A DNA stretch of 59,929 nt, the filler included, from Basidiobolus ranarum (lineage: Eukaryota): the NCBI GenBank assembly GCA_040143965.1. It is 4 parts of 4 records of this genome, joined end to end, with 100 filler letters (N's around TTAATTAATTAA, not from the genome) between each part and the next. Parts side by side here need not be neighbours in the genome. Positions count along the whole stretch, not along the records: positions 1 to 14,953 come from JASJQH010007279.1; positions 15,054 to 29,963 come from JASJQH010007281.1; 2 more parts are not named here. The stretch is one strand, 5' to 3'. Below, piece after piece: positions 10,844-23,194 of this stretch. The notes beneath the pieces are model-generated. The model did no database searches. It worked only from the letters and a program-made list of their open reading frames with translations, and was not told the origin of the DNA. Every line of letters begins with the position of its first letter. The stretch's first letter is position 1. Made by a program: the position numbers and the translations under genes.

Positions 10844-13800
10844 TTATGTTACACTACGGAACTTGTTGATAGTGGTGGTAAGTTCATTAAAACGTAAGGG
10901 TTTGGTGACATATTCATCCATTCCAGCAGTTAGACACTTTTCTCGGTCTCCAATCATGGCATGAGCAGTAAGTGCAATGATGGGAATATGCGTTCCAGTA
11001 GCACGCTCCATTTCTCGAATACGTGCGGTGGCCTCGAAACCGCCCATGATGGGCATTTGCACGTCCATCAAAATCAAATCAAATCGGTGATTTTCAATGG
11101 CTTCAACTGCTAGTAACCCATTGGAAACAATAGTTACTTCATGTCCGTGCTTCTCTAATATTCTAGCGGCCAATTTCTGATTAACCAGGTTGTCTTCTGC
11201 TAGGAGGATCTTCATGTTTTTACCGCTACTTTCTGTTGTTAATGCAATATGCGATTCTAAGGCAGGCATCAACGCATTAGTCAATTCAGGGAGGGTCGCT
11301 GGTGTGTTGATATATGAAGTAATCAACATATCAATACAACTCTTCATTTTTAACTGCATAGGCATTGTAATAGCTAGCAATACAACTGGGACATATCGCA
11401 AGCATGGATGAGTACGAATTTTCTCGACATCCGTCACATCGTCTACAATAACCATTTCAAATAAGGGAGTGTCGGGCTTGGAAGAACTGGCAATATCGAC
11501 AGCTTCTTGGACTGAAGAGACATTGATAGGCTTCAAGTGAAGCTCTTCAAGCATATAAAATATGCGTTCACTAGCTGGATGATTTCTAGTATTTAAAAAT
11601 AGAACGTGTCTCTTACAGAAGATATTGATGCGTTGTTCGAGTAGCTCTAGCGACATAACACCTCGCTTAAATAAAATGGTGAAGTAGAAGTCACTACCTT
11701 CTCCATAAACACTATTTACCCACAGGTCGCCACCCATGAGTTGTACTAGTTGTTTAGATATAGAAAGACCAAGACCAGTTCCACCATATTTTCGGGTTGT
11801 TGATCCATCAGCTTGTGAAAAGGTATCAAATATGAGGTTGAATTTATCACTCTGAATACCAATTCCAGTATCACTAACACAGAAGGTCAAAATTGCATTT
11901 CCATTAGTAATCTCTTTGACAGAAGCCTGTAAAGTCACCTGTCCATCTGTGGTGAATTTGATAGCATTTCCCACTAGATTCGTAATAACTTGACGTAAAC
12001 GGAGAGGATCACCAATAAGTTGGTCAGGAATGTCCTTGTCAACATCATAAATAAGATCCAACTTCTTCTGGTGAGCTTTGACGGCCAATGTCTTGAGCAC
12101 ACTAAACATTGCATTTCTAAGAGAGAAAGGGATTTGCTCAATTACAAGCTTACCGGCCTCAATCTTTGAAATGTCAAGGATATCGTCGATGATTGTAAGT
12201 AAAGAATTCGCTAGTTGACTTACAATAGTCAAGTTCTCTCTTTGTTGACGAGTAAGGTCTGATTCCAGAGTTAACACAGTCATCCCGATGATACCGTTCA
12301 TTGGTGTACGAATCTCATGAGACATATTGGCTAGAAATTCACTTTTAGCTCGGTTGGCTAACTCGGCAGCTTCGCGTGCAGCTAAATTTCTTTGAATACT
12401 TTCACGTAGGTTGAAGACCATCTGGTTGATCTTTGTTTTCAAGGAGTCCATTTCGCCAGAAGCTTCAACAGTGATGTACCTGGTGAAATCACCATCGGTA
12501 GCTGCAGCGGAGATTTGGGCAAAGGCACGGACTTGAGTAGTTAGATTAGCTGCCATTGTGTTCACATTGCTAGTAATTTCTTGCCAGATTCCTAGAACAT
12601 CTTTAACTTGAGCTTGAGCTCCGAGATTACCTTCTGTACCAACTTCTCGGGCAACTCGAGTTACTTCGGCTGCAAATAAGCTAAGTTGATCAACCATGGT
12701 GTTTATGGTACTCTTAAGGTCTAACATTTCACCCTTGACATCAACCGTAACCTTCTTAGAGAGATCACCACAAGCTACAGCTTTACTAACATTAGCAATG
12801 TCACGCACTTGTGCTGTGAGATTGGAAGCCATCGAGTTAACGTTATCAGTTAGATCTTTCCAAGTCCCATCAACATCTTTGACGACTGCTTGACCTCCCA
12901 ATTTGCCTTCTGTTCCGACTTCGCGTGCTACACGGGTGACTTCAGCGGCAAATGTACGCAGTTGATCCACCATAGAATTAACAGTGTTTTTGAGTTCTAA
13001 TATCTCACCCTTAACATTGATACTGATCTTCTTCGATAGGTCTCCTCGTGCAACAGCAGTAGTAACAGCAGCAATGGAACGTACTTGTCCAGTAAGATTG
13101 GCAGCCATGGTATTCACATTATCGGTAAGATTTTTCCACACACCGGCGACATCTTTTACAACCGCTTGACCGCCTAATTTACCTTCAGTTCCAACTTCTA
13201 ATGAAACTCGAGTAACTTCAGTAGCAAACGTTTGAAGTTGATCAACCATCGTATTGATCGTGTCTTTAAGATCAAGCATCTCACCCTTGACGTTGACAGT
13301 GACTTTGGTTGAAAGATCTCCTCGAACGATAGATTTGCTAACGTTTGCGATATCACGAACTTGATTCGTAAGATTTGATGCCATGAGATTAACGTTGTCT
13401 GTAAGATCTTTCCAAGTTCCTCCAACATCTTTGACTACAGCTTGACCACCAAGCTTACCTTCTGTTCCTACTTCTCTTGCTACACGCGTAACTTCCGCAG
13501 CAAACGTTCGCAACTGATCAACCATAGAATTGACTGTTGTTTTAAGCTCATTTATCTCTCCTTTAACGTCTACTTTTATTTTCTTCGACAAATCACCACA
13601 TGCTACGGCTGTAGTAACCTCTGCAATCGATCGAACTTGTCCGGTAAGATTCGCTGCCATGATGTTGACATTGTCGGTGAGCTCTTTCCATATCCCAGCA
13701 ACGTCTTTTACAATAGCCTGACCTCCTAGTCTACCTTCAGTTCCTACTTCAAGTGAAACTCTTGTGACTTCAGTAGCGAATGTTTGTAACTGATCTACCA

Positions 13801-14953
13801 TTGTATTGATGGTATTCTTCAAATCTAGCATTTCACCTTTGACATTTACGGTGATCTTTTTAGACAAATCACCTTGCGCAACAGCTTTACTAACATTCGC
13901 AATATCACGAACCTGGGCAGTGAGATTAGAAGCCATGAGGTTGACGTTATCAGTGAGATCTTTCCAAGTGCCTCCAACATCTTTGACAACTGCTTGACCT
14001 CCCAGTTTACCTTCTGTACCGACTTCTCTCGCCACGCGAGTAACCTCAGCCGCAAAGGTACGAAGTTGATCCACCATAGTATTAATGGTTAGTTTGAGAT
14101 CCAGTATTTCACCTTTGACATTAACTGTAACCTTCTTTGATAAATCACCAGTTGCAACAGCTTTGCTTACGTTCGCAATATCACGAACCTGACTAGTTAG
14201 ATTCCAAGCCATCATATTTACATTTTCCGTAAGATCTTTCCAAGTACCACCAACATCTGTAACTACAGCTTGACCTCCAAGTTTGCCTTCTGTACCTACT
14301 TCCCGGGCGACACGAGTGACCTCCGCAGCAAATGTTTGCAGTTGATCCACCATAGTGTTGATTGTTACCTTTAGCTCATTGATCTCACCTTTCACGTCCA
14401 CCGTAACTTTTTTAGAAAGATCACCTTTAGCAACTGCCTTGCTAACGTTTGCAATATCACGTACTTGAGCAGTCAAGTTGGAAGCCATAAGATTGACATT
14501 ATCGGTAAGATCTTTCCAAGTTCCTCCGACATCTTTGACAACAGCTTGACCTCCAAGTTTTCCTTGAGTACCTACTTCTCGAGCTACACGAGTAACCTCT
14601 GAAGCAAACGTTTGCAATTGGTCTACCATCGTATTTATCGTATTCTTGAGCTCAAGAATTTCACCTTTGACGTTGACAGTAACCTTTTTAGAGAGATCAC
14701 CCCGAGCCACCGCCTTACTGACATTGGCAATGTCACGCACCTGGCCTGTAAGATTGGAAGCCATCAAGTTGACATTATCGGTTAATATTTTCCAGGTGCC
14801 TCCAACATCTTTGACGACAGCCTGGCCTCCAAGTTTGCCTTCTGTACCTACTTCTCGGGCCACACGAGTGACTTCAGATCCAAACGTCTGTAATTCATCC
14901 ACCATGGTATTGATTCTTAACTTAAGCACGATGATCTCTCCTATGACATCCCC
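10844..14953 (-). CDS. NIK1: Group III (NIK1/OS-1-type) hybrid histidine kinase, 5' end cut by contig break
   Basis: At least 9 tandem ~92-aa HAMP repeats. H-box [17 protein letters not shown] box [11 protein letters not shown]1/G2 DTGIG and GGTGLGL, a degenerate receiver, and a canonical receiver (ILLAED...LMDVQMP...K). No introns in 4.1 kb. Confidence 0.95.
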   Translation of the reverse strand, partial: GDVIGEIIVLKLRINTMVDELQTFGSEVTRVAREVGTEGKLGGQAVVKDVGGTWKILTDNVNLMASNLTGQVRDIANVSKAVARGDLSKKVTVNVKGEILELKNTINTMVDQLQTFASEVTRVAREVGTQGKLGGQAVVKDVGGTWKDLTDNVNLMASNLTAQVRDIANVSKAVAKGDLSKKVTVDVKGEINELKVTINTMVDQLQTFAAEVTRVAREVGTEGKLGGQAVVTDVGGTWKDLTENVNMMAWNLTSQVRDIANVSKAVATGDLSKKVTVNVKGEILDLKLTINTMVDQLRTFAAEVTRVAREVGTEGKLGGQAVVKDVGGTWKDLTDNVNLMASNLTAQVRDIANVSKAVAQGDLSKKITVNVKGEMLDLKNTINTMVDQLQTFATEVTRVSLEVGTEGRLGGQAIVKDVAGIWKELTDNVNIMAANLTGQVRSIAEVTTAVACGDLSKKIKVDVKGEINELKTTVNSMVDQLRTFAAEVTRVAREVGTEGKLGGQAVVKDVGGTWKDLTDNVNLMASNLTNQVRDIANVSKSIVRGDLSTKVTVNVKGEMLDLKDTINTMVDQLQTFATEVTRVSLEVGTEGKLGGQAVVKDVAGVWKNLTDNVNTMAANLTGQVRSIAAVTTAVARGDLSKKISINVKGEILELKNTVNSMVDQLRTFAAEVTRVAREVGTEGKLGGQAVVKDVDGTWKDLTDNVNSMASNLTAQVRDIANVSKAVACGDLSKKVTVDVKGEMLDLKSTINTMVDQLSLFAAEVTRVAREVGTEGNLGAQAQVKDVLGIWQEITSNVNTMAANLTTQVRAFAQISAAATDGDFTRYITVEASGEMDSLKTKINQMVFNLRESIQRNLAAREAAELANRAKSEFLANMSHEIRTPMNGIIGMTVLTLESDLTRQQRENLTIVSQLANSLLTIIDDILDISKIEAGKLVIEQIPFSLRNAMFSVLKTLAVKAHQKKLDLIYDVDKDIPDQLIGDPLRLRQVITNLVGNAIKFTTDGQVTLQASVKEITNGNAILTFCVSDTGIGIQSDKFNLIFDTFSQADGSTTRKYGGTGLGLSISKQLVQLMGGDLWVNSVYGEGSDFYFTILFKRGVMSLELLEQRINIFCKRHVLFLNTRNHPASERIFYMLEELHLKPINVSSVQEAVDIASSSKPDTPLFEMVIVDDVTDVEKIRTHPCLRYVPVVLLAITMPMQLKMKSCIDMLITSYINTPATLPELTNALMPALESHIALTTESSGKNMKILLAEDNLVNQKLAARILEKHGHEVTIVSNGLLAVEAIENHRFDLILMDVQMPIMGGFEATARIREMERATGTHIPIIALTAHAMIGDREKCLTAGMDEYVTKPLRFNELTTTINKFRSVT

Positions 14954-15053
14954 NNNNNNNNNNNNNNNNNNNNNNNNNNNNNNNNNNNNNNNNNNNNTTA
15001 ATTAATTAANNNNNNNNNNNNNNNNNNNNNNNNNNNNNNNNNNNNNNNNNNNN
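14954..15053. other. Artificial contig spacer
   Basis: N-run + TTAATTAATTAA (stops in all six frames) + N-run. Confidence 0.98.
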
Positions 15054-15211
15054 TCTCTAAGGTGAAATAAATATTTCAAGGATGTAGATGTTAGGTGTTA
15101 ACAGACGTAAAGTCATGGTAGTATGGAGTGGTCTACATTTTATATATATATGGTGGATGCAAATGGATCGTAATTTACAAAGGAATCTAGGCTTCTCGAT
15201 GAGAAGAATCT

Positions 15212-17197
15212 CTACCAGTCTGTAGTAGTAGGTCGATCGGTCATACGCTTCGTATTCCATAACGAAGAGGGTTTCTTGGATTTGATTGGGGGTTGATTTG
15301 ATCGTTGAGTAATAAGGGATGAGAATGGCTTGACTGGTTGTTTTTGGTGTGAAAAGGTGTAGGGTTCAATGGTATTCTCCTTGTCGGGATGGTTCTGGTC
15401 AGAAATAAAGTTGGAATTTTTTGTTTCTACCATACACATGGCTGAACAAAAACGAACACTTCGTGGAACCTTGGGATGTCCTAAATAATTCTTGATTTCA
15501 ATGCAACTGATCCATTCGCGAACATATGGGTTGGAGCAATGGCAACATGGTCGTGCACCACGTTCAAGATATTTTAAAGCGGTGACCGGAAGGCAATACC
15601 TCGAAACAGGAATGGAATGCTTGAGCACTTGACGCGCAGCTAATTCCCGAAGTGAGGGTGGTGGGTATTTGGAGGGTGGTGTATGACTTGGAGGGGGATT
15701 TGATGCATGGGTGGGAGAAATAGTGCTATTATTAATATCTTCTTGGTTAGAGTGTGATGGTGATACGGGGCTATTTTGAATGAAATGGTTTGATGTATCC
15801 TCTAGAGCAGGAGAGGACGATCTAAGCTGTTGTGTCAATGAAGCATTGGTTCTGTTATCTGATTCACCGCTTTCGGAAATCGATCCCTGTCTACGTAAAC
15901 CCAGAGTAAAAGGATTTCCACTGAGTAAAACGGTGGTTTTACTCATAAATAGAGCAATATCTCCAGGGATCACACAAAGCTTGTTATCAGTTAAATCTAA
16001 CGTCTCCAAACCGATAAGATCGGTAATCTCTATTGGTAAATCCAAAAGAGAATTCCGAGAAAGATCAAACGAACGAAGCAGCCTGCATCGACCAACTGAG
16101 GAAGGAAGTGAAAGTAACTGATTCTCACTAATCGCCAGTCTCTCCAATCTAGAATGGGGATGGCCAATATCTGAGGGTAAACTGACCAACTGATTTTGCG
16201 TTAAATCAAGTTCCTTGAGATTCACAAGCTTTGATATACATTTTTCAGGGAAGGTTTGCACCAGGTTTCCTCCGAAAATTGACCCCAACATAAGTGACTC
16301 TAATTCGCTCATTTCTCCCAAAGTCTCGGGAAGCTCGGTAATCTGGTTACCGTACAGGCGAAGGACTTTCAAATTCGAAAGGGCGCTCGGGAGCTCTCTA
16401 GGAAATCCAACAGAGATGTTGTTGTGTGATAGATCTAGAACCCTCAAGTTCTTGAACAGGCGCAGGTCTTCGGGAATGTGGGTAAATCTGTTATGGCTCA
16501 AATTCAATACTTCCACTTGGGCTGCAATGCTGATAATACAACTTGGGATTTGAGTTAGATGATTGCGTGAAAGATCCACTTCCACAAGATTAAAAATATC
16601 TGAGCTGTGATCTATCCAATAATCACAATCATGGATAGGCGTAGATGTCCGAGACATAGCTTCAGCTAATAGACGATCACGAACATGATGCTCCATGGAA
16701 GCATTGGATAGTCGTCTTCTTCTTAAACAGATCGATGATTTGGCATCATTGCGAGGCACCTTAATTGTATTAGTGTTATTTTGACTTTGATTATCCCCAC
16801 AAACAAATAGGGGTGCGTTCTGTGTGGATTCAGCGTGGATTACACCTTGACAGGTGCTTACCAGTTGGGTTGAGTGCTTCCGTGTGAAATCCCAAACAAC
16901 GTTACAGGCTTCAATGTCAGGAAGGTCAGCACTCTTACTATTCCAGGAACAGTCGAGTACCTGTGACGAGAGCGTGTAAAGAGGTTTGCCAGTAAGATCT
17001 TTACTGGTGCGCTTAGCCAGTGTCTTGAGGTTTTTGGGCTCGGTCAAATCCCAATCCGTCAGAGGGTTTTCTTTTCTTTTTTCTGAGCTCTTAAAATGCA
17101 TATCAGGGGAGCTATACTCGAGTAGGGGAGAGATAGGAGAGAAGGGAAGAAATTGCAAAGGGGAAACGAATGCTTCACTTGTCCAGAGCAGTTGCAT
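15212..17197 (-). CDS. Leucine-rich repeat protein with C-terminal BC-box/cullin-box-like and Cys-rich motif (LRRC58-like)
   Basis: 661-aa ORF with ~10 LxxLxLxxN repeats, then PPSLRELAARQVL...LP..ALKYL, CxxC and a terminal FCSAMC. The start codon is uncertain. Confidence 0.8.
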   Translation of the reverse strand: MQLLWTSEAFVSPLQFLPFSPISPLLEYSSPDMHFKSSEKRKENPLTDWDLTEPKNLKTLAKRTSKDLTGKPLYTLSSQVLDCSWNSKSADLPDIEACNVVWDFTRKHSTQLVSTCQGVIHAESTQNAPLFVCGDNQSQNNTNTIKVPRNDAKSSICLRRRRLSNASMEHHVRDRLLAEAMSRTSTPIHDCDYWIDHSSDIFNLVEVDLSRNHLTQIPSCIISIAAQVEVLNLSHNRFTHIPEDLRLFKNLRVLDLSHNNISVGFPRELPSALSNLKVLRLYGNQITELPETLGEMSELESLMLGSIFGGNLVQTFPEKCISKLVNLKELDLTQNQLVSLPSDIGHPHSRLERLAISENQLLSLPSSVGRCRLLRSFDLSRNSLLDLPIEITDLIGLETLDLTDNKLCVIPGDIALFMSKTTVLLSGNPFTLGLRRQGSISESGESDNRTNASLTQQLRSSSPALEDTSNHFIQNSPVSPSHSNQEDINNSTISPTHASNPPPSHTPPSKYPPPSLRELAARQVLKHSIPVSRYCLPVTALKYLERGARPCCHCSNPYVREWISCIEIKNYLGHPKVPRSVRFCSAMCMVETKNSNFISDQNHPDKENTIEPYTFSHQKQPVKPFSSLITQRSNQPPIKSKKPSSLWNTKRMTDRPTTTDW

Positions 17198-20100
17198 ATG
17201 ATAAGTGGCGTGCAGTGAGGGCGAAAAGGTGTTGGGCTTCTAAAAAGTATCCTGTGGGATATAGAGTACAGTTAGGTCGCTTGTCTAGCTTAAGAGCACA
17301 CGTTCTTGAAAAGTAGACAGAGTGGTGGATATTATTAAAGGGATATTACAAAGATGGTACAAAATGACCACTGAAAATGCAGATAGCAGAATGTTATATA
17401 GAGCTAGCGATAAAGCTTCAACACGGAAGCAAGGTTCTTTTATTTGTCGGATAAATCCGTGTTGGATATTCTTTATGGAAGCGGTGATGAAGAATAACCC
17501 ATGCATCCCAATATGTGGATGATAGAAATCTTATATTCGCATGGTGCTTTTGCGAATTCTCATGATTTTGCCAATTTTGGAAGCTATATCTCATTTGCCA
17601 TCACAGTCAGATATTGAAATTGCTACGTTTTTCGGGATATGTGCTTATTCTAACGATGCCAGTCTCAGCCTACGAGCTTCTCCAATATAAATGACATCTA
17701 CGACAGATCTGATTACAGTTGTTTGTACTAATGGAGCAAGAGGTCCAGCGAAGCACCTAATATGGAAGTCAAAAAACATCTGATACAACCGTGTGACGAC
17801 CATGCACCGTTGTCTAGAGCCTATAGTTCTTAGCCCTTGGGATCCATCATGATCAGCTCTGATGGGGTTGTCAGAATGAGCAGAGAAGGCGATGATTGGA
17901 CAAGGCTCCCGGTTTCTGGGGAGTCTGAATGAGTAACAATGGGAATTCCCGTCTCTCACGAGAGTTTCAATCCAATCAATCAGATAAGTACATGAATGCA
18001 TCTTAGGGTACATGAACGTTGCCTTCGCTTCTGTATACAAGTATCCCCAGCAAACCCCTCCAACCACATTCGCATGGATTTCAGGGGATCATGAGTCAGC
18101 TCCTCCATGTATCCACTCCGCTTGTCACAAGAAGAGAGAGATCTGAAAACGGCATCTGATAATGTCTCTGGATTATCTGATCTCTCCACCCCAAGTGTTG
18201 ACCAAATATAGAGCCATCCATATATATGCCTTCTAGACAGGAGAGCTGAGGCTTAGGCTCGCACTTCTTGTTGTGTGTAGTCCCGAAGGCCAGGCTCTAG
18301 AGTGTTCTGATCCGTCTCATTCCCATTTAACTTTGGTTAACAGAAACCATTATGATTGGAGATCTTATGTTGTTTCTGGCTCTATGATGTCTACATACTG
18401 AGCTAAGCAGTTTGGAATGCTATTGAGGACATGATTTGCTGAAATCTGATAAATGGTCACGGAGAATGCGTTCCCAGTTTTTTGGTACCACACATGTAAC
18501 TCAAGAAGTAGCATTTGGGGCTAATGGTATTGATAGTTCCCAATCTACATTAACCGATGGTTGCTAGTCTTTTACTCCTTTTACCCTGAAATGATCCTGT
18601 ATGGCTGCATTGGAAAGTCCATCTCATGCGAATCAAATGCGACCGATCAGATGGCGCAAAAGATTTAAGGTAGCATTCTACATGCATGCGTTAGAAGAAC
18701 TGTCTTCAATTTACTCTCATCTCATTCCGGACCAGTAGGCGTCAGTATACGTGAAGGATTATCATGCACGTAGCACAAGTTTGATTAAACGAAGTATTTG
18801 GTGACCATTTTACACCAAGACAATCTTAGCTTCATGTTCGTAATTTTTGAACAAATTGTTAGTCTTCCTAATGCTATGTCGATACATTTTGTCACTACAA
18901 CCTTGGTTTGAAGCTTCGTTTTCAACTCTAAGTGCATAGACATTATTGCACCGGATAGCGGTGTCTATTTGATATTCATGGAGTTTATATACATATTAAC
19001 TTGTCACTACTCATCTGACCAGTGCAATTCAATACGACAAGCAAACCTCTAATAATAATAATGATGGAGGTTTATTATGTGAGACTTCAAAAGTTACTTC
19101 AACTAGATAGCCTAAGTGAAACAGGTTTAGCAAAGAATAAGTAATGCATGTTATGATTTAACTAGAGTTTTATGTGAACTCGGTTATCGAATCAGATATG
19201 GCTCTGCTAACTCACACTCACCAGATGGACGTAGTATAATGGATACATTTCTGATTGCCACTGGATCTGATTGGAACGGAGATTCTTCCATACAGGTTGT
19301 TAGCAACTTTATGGCAGAGCCAGTTTCCTGACCAAATTCTACAAGCATCATTAACTGTTCGACTCTATGTAAAGTTTGAGTGTGTCACGAGGCTTAAAAA
19401 TATCCATATTAGACGAAGCACTCAAGGACGGAGGAATACTGACTGTCCACTCTTTAAAAGCTCAAACGCGTGCCTCTAGTTTGGTCACTATTTAAGCAAT
19501 AATTCTAAAACAGCTGATAAGCTCCATCTATCTTGAGCACCAACGTTTGTTCTGAATCTTTGGTAAAAAATCGAACTCTGCTTATCCGTAAATAAGTAAG
19601 GTTATTTTTGACGTCTTGTTTTGATCCATTTAGCAATGACCTAAGCCACATATTACCCATAGTATATAGCAAGATTGGATGTCTTTTATGTGAGGCGGAA
19701 AGGTATTAAATACACAGTCAGCAGATTTCCCTGATGCTTAGCAACGTTGTGCCACTGGGACACTGGATGGAACTCAATAATCGTAGCTAAAGAAATCTAC
19801 ACTGAAGCAGTGTATCAAGTGGCTGAATCTTTATTCCAATCTTTGTATGTTTATATATAGCCTTGTTCTTTAACTCTATAGAGATTTTCTATTTCTCAGA
19901 TTCCATTTAGACTGCTTATTGGTGCGATTTCAGATGGTACATTACATCTTATCTTTGGGATAGCATCCACAAGTGTGCATATAAATATGTTTAGATAGTA
20001 AATGAAAGGAAAATCCGATTCTCTCACGTAATGTATTCGTATTTTCTCCTACACACTAGGAAACCTTATCAACAGATGGAAATTGATAGGAAACTTGAGA

Positions 20101-20549
20101 AATGGTCGAGGCAATTTATTTATGTATTTTGTGTAGTTTGTTCTCCCTCAAACCTAAGCCACTTTTGACGAAGCGTCTCACATATCTTCAATCTTGCTAC
20201 TCCAAATTATCCACAACTCCTCATTTTGCTGGTGTTTCTGTTGGAATACCTCGAAGAGTAGTCTTATTTATCTACCAGTTTTGACCACCCGATTCTTTTA
20301 TACACTTTTAAAATTTGTAAACTCTGTTCGTGTTCTCTACTTAATTTCTGAAGATTGATGTACGCTCTAAGATCTTGTAAATTTACAAGTGTGACAAGCC
20401 AACTATCAGGTACGTTTATTTTCACTACAAAGAGTAACTCAGTTTTCTGTGAGAGGTTTACTTTCGAGTGAATGAATATGGGAAACTCTTCTATAAAGTC
20501 AACAATAACCTGACTCAATCTACTTTCTTTTTCTAACCATATTACTGAT

Positions 20550-20988
20550 TTGTTTCGATTCAAATTACTTACAACTATCGTAAAACAAATAGCTCGATCC
20601 TTCTCTTCTTATTCTAAAGGTTGGTCAAACACTGTTACTTCTTATAGAAATGTTTCTAACCACGTTTGTATTTTTCTTAGTTCGTAAACAATATCTAGTA
20701 ATTGCTAAAGACTTTATTGATGAAGAAGCAATCTCTCGTCGTTTGGCTACTCGAGATAAGCATCTGATACGGTGTCGAAGCTTATATAAAGAAGAGCGGA
20801 TGTTGGCTGCTGGAGCGCTTAAATCAGACGACAGTGATTATGGGAAAATGCTTGGTTCATGTCACATATATGAAGCGGAGAATATTGAACAAGTCAAAGA
20901 ATTGATTAGTCAGGATCCGTATATTTCTGGAAGAGTTTGGGAAGATGTGAAGATCATGCCATTAGCTTTGGTGGATTTGAATTCATAA
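20550..20988 (+). CDS. YCII-related domain protein, probably mitochondrial; start codon ambiguous
   Basis: YLVIAKD...RRLATRDKHL...MLAAGA...GKMLGS...DPYISGRVW is the YCII pattern. Intron 20620-20680 joins it to an upstream presequence-like exon. Confidence 0.8.
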
Positions 20989-21393
20989 TCCTCAGCAAAT
21001 CTAGGTCAATCTAAAGTTTAGGGAACTCTTACACTCTGTTAATCCATGTATTTTTTATCTGAAATTTGTTTGGAGTATACTCAAAAGTTAACAACTCAAT
21101 TGTTGAAACTTCCAATATTGAATCTCTCCCTTTTCTCTTCTAATTCCGCTCACAAAATCCGAGTCTCTTTACGAAACATCCTTGTCAATAACGTATAATA
21201 TATAAATGTAGCAAGATCTAAATGACTAGTACAGTTTTGGTCATATCTAATTCGTTGTCAGTTCTTGAATGCCTCGATATAGCTATCAGTTGTTTTATTG
21301 AATCTCGCTCTGAGCGTGGAATCCATAAGTACCAGAATCGTTGTCGGTGGATATAAATCAGTCGAGATTTATCGTGTATTTGAATTGGGAAGT

Positions 21394-22689
21394 ACCTTTG
21401 ATCTAACTTCGGAGTCAGCAGTGGTTCTGATATAAATAGAATCGGGTGCATGATCTTTCTCCTCTTCCTCATAAGTATAGGAGGAAGCTACTGCTAGCAT
21501 AGTACCATCACAGCTGAATGCTAATGAAGCGATGGAGGTAAGATATTTGGAAAACTGATGGAGTCTTGTCTTGTTTTAGCCATCCCATACATTTATCATT
21601 CTATCGCCGCCAACAGAGGCAAATGTACCATGTCTGTTATTTGGTATTGTGTCAGCATTGGTGCACATCGCGATTGAGTGGAATATAAAACAAGAACATA
21701 TACATACATAAGATAAAACGCTAGCGCATTTACCGGATAAACATAGTCAACCCCTTCTATAGCTTGGCGATGACATTTAAACATGTTCTTGCGTGATTGA
21801 GATTCTGGTGATAGATCGAAGAGTTCTACCGCAACTCGTCCCTGAATTGAACCGGTGGCGTATCCTTCAGAATCTCTATTCGCATAATTATATTTTACAT
21901 ACCTTCACCATTAGGCATACAACGTATGGAACGAGTCATATGCTTTAGAGAGCTTTCACGAGTTTGCATCTCTTTCATATTGCGAATATCATATATATAC
22001 ATGACGATCAGCCATGGATATATATCCAACTTGTTTTGAGATATATCAAGAGAGTATACTTTCAAAGATTGCATATAAAGTCCGACCAAGGCTTCTTGAA
22101 CTCTAGGATCCCAAAGACGTATCTAGATACAAATGCTTCATTAATCAGGTAGTGTGCTCATAGAATTCTGGGAAAAACTTACTAGTCTCTGTGGTATATT
22201 CAGTACATTTAGCTGCGTCATCATGTGTTCCAAGTATTATATCTTTTGAAGTGGTAAAATCAAACCTTAGGTTCAAAAATATGAACATTAACTAAACAAG
22301 ACCTTGACAAGCGTTATGAACATGAGCAGTAAAAACCCAAGAAAGCTATTTACTACATTTTGACTCGTTTATCTAAACCTCCACTAAACCCTTGAAAACC
22401 ATTTGAAATACAGCCGTCCAGAACTGCAGCTTTAAGTTCAAATTTTGAGCAAAATTGGTTACTGTATACATTGTATAATCGAACACTCTGAGTTCAAATA
22501 TCCCAAAATTGAGAATCAATAGAGTGCCATATAATCATTATTATTATTGTTATTGCTGTTGATTAGAGCAAATTGTACCTTGTCCCAGGAAGTTGCAAGT
22601 AAAAATTGCGAAGAAGTTGGAACAAACGCTACAGAGAAAATTCCATCCGTAGGAGGTTCATAAAGTTCAAATTCTGTTGAGTGTTGCAT
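21394..22689 (-). pseudogene. BUB3: Unprocessed pseudogene of spindle checkpoint WD40 protein BUB3
   Basis: PPTDGI..V.F...[59 protein letters not shown]. Introns retained. The 'VTGSWD' segment is missing, with a frame break at ~22122. In-frame TAA at 21576-21578. Confidence 0.88.
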
Positions 22690-23194
22690 CTCTAGAAAAA
22701 TATTCGTGGTCTATTTCGTCCATTGTGCTTGCAAGTAACTAAATTTGATGATAACTATTATAATGTGGGATTGAATGCTTTGAAAATTTAACAATGTTTA
22801 CACGTGCGCCAACTTTTTGTTGAAATTATAGATTTTAAAACTGTTACCACTAAATTTAATCGCACAAGTCAGATTTCTTCGTGTTTAATCCAACTTTGGT
22901 ATAGTAGGTATTAGATGAAAGTATTGAAATGATACCATCCACTATGAATCAAGCACACTCATCCTACAGAAAATTCCTTCTCAACAATAGCTTATACTGT
23001 TGGTAAAACTCTTCAATTTAGAGCAGAAACAGCGATACACTAGTTGAAGAGGTATATTTAAGAGTATAGATATATGAACATTGAAGTATGTCAGGATGTA
23101 TTCAATAATGAGAGCATGCAATAAGTTAGTAAGAGAGGAAAGGCGCAATAAAAACTTGTAAGTCTCTCATTATAAAGCTAATCTAAGTATATGC

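Noticed and set aside
11190..14950. Repeated antisense ORFs over the histidine kinase (likewise over the LRR, GT, ERV29 and MDM34 genes)
   Set aside because: Shadow ORFs produced by codon usage and repeats of the real gene.
14954..15053. Recurrent TTAATTAATTAA palindrome within N-runs (also 29964-30063, 44951-45050)
   Set aside because: Artificial six-frame-stop spacer. Gene neighbourhoods across these joins have no biological meaning.
17645..18189. 140-aa and 69-aa minus-strand ORFs upstream of the LRR gene
   Set aside because: No recognisable motif, non-ATG or weak starts, and no supporting splice structure.
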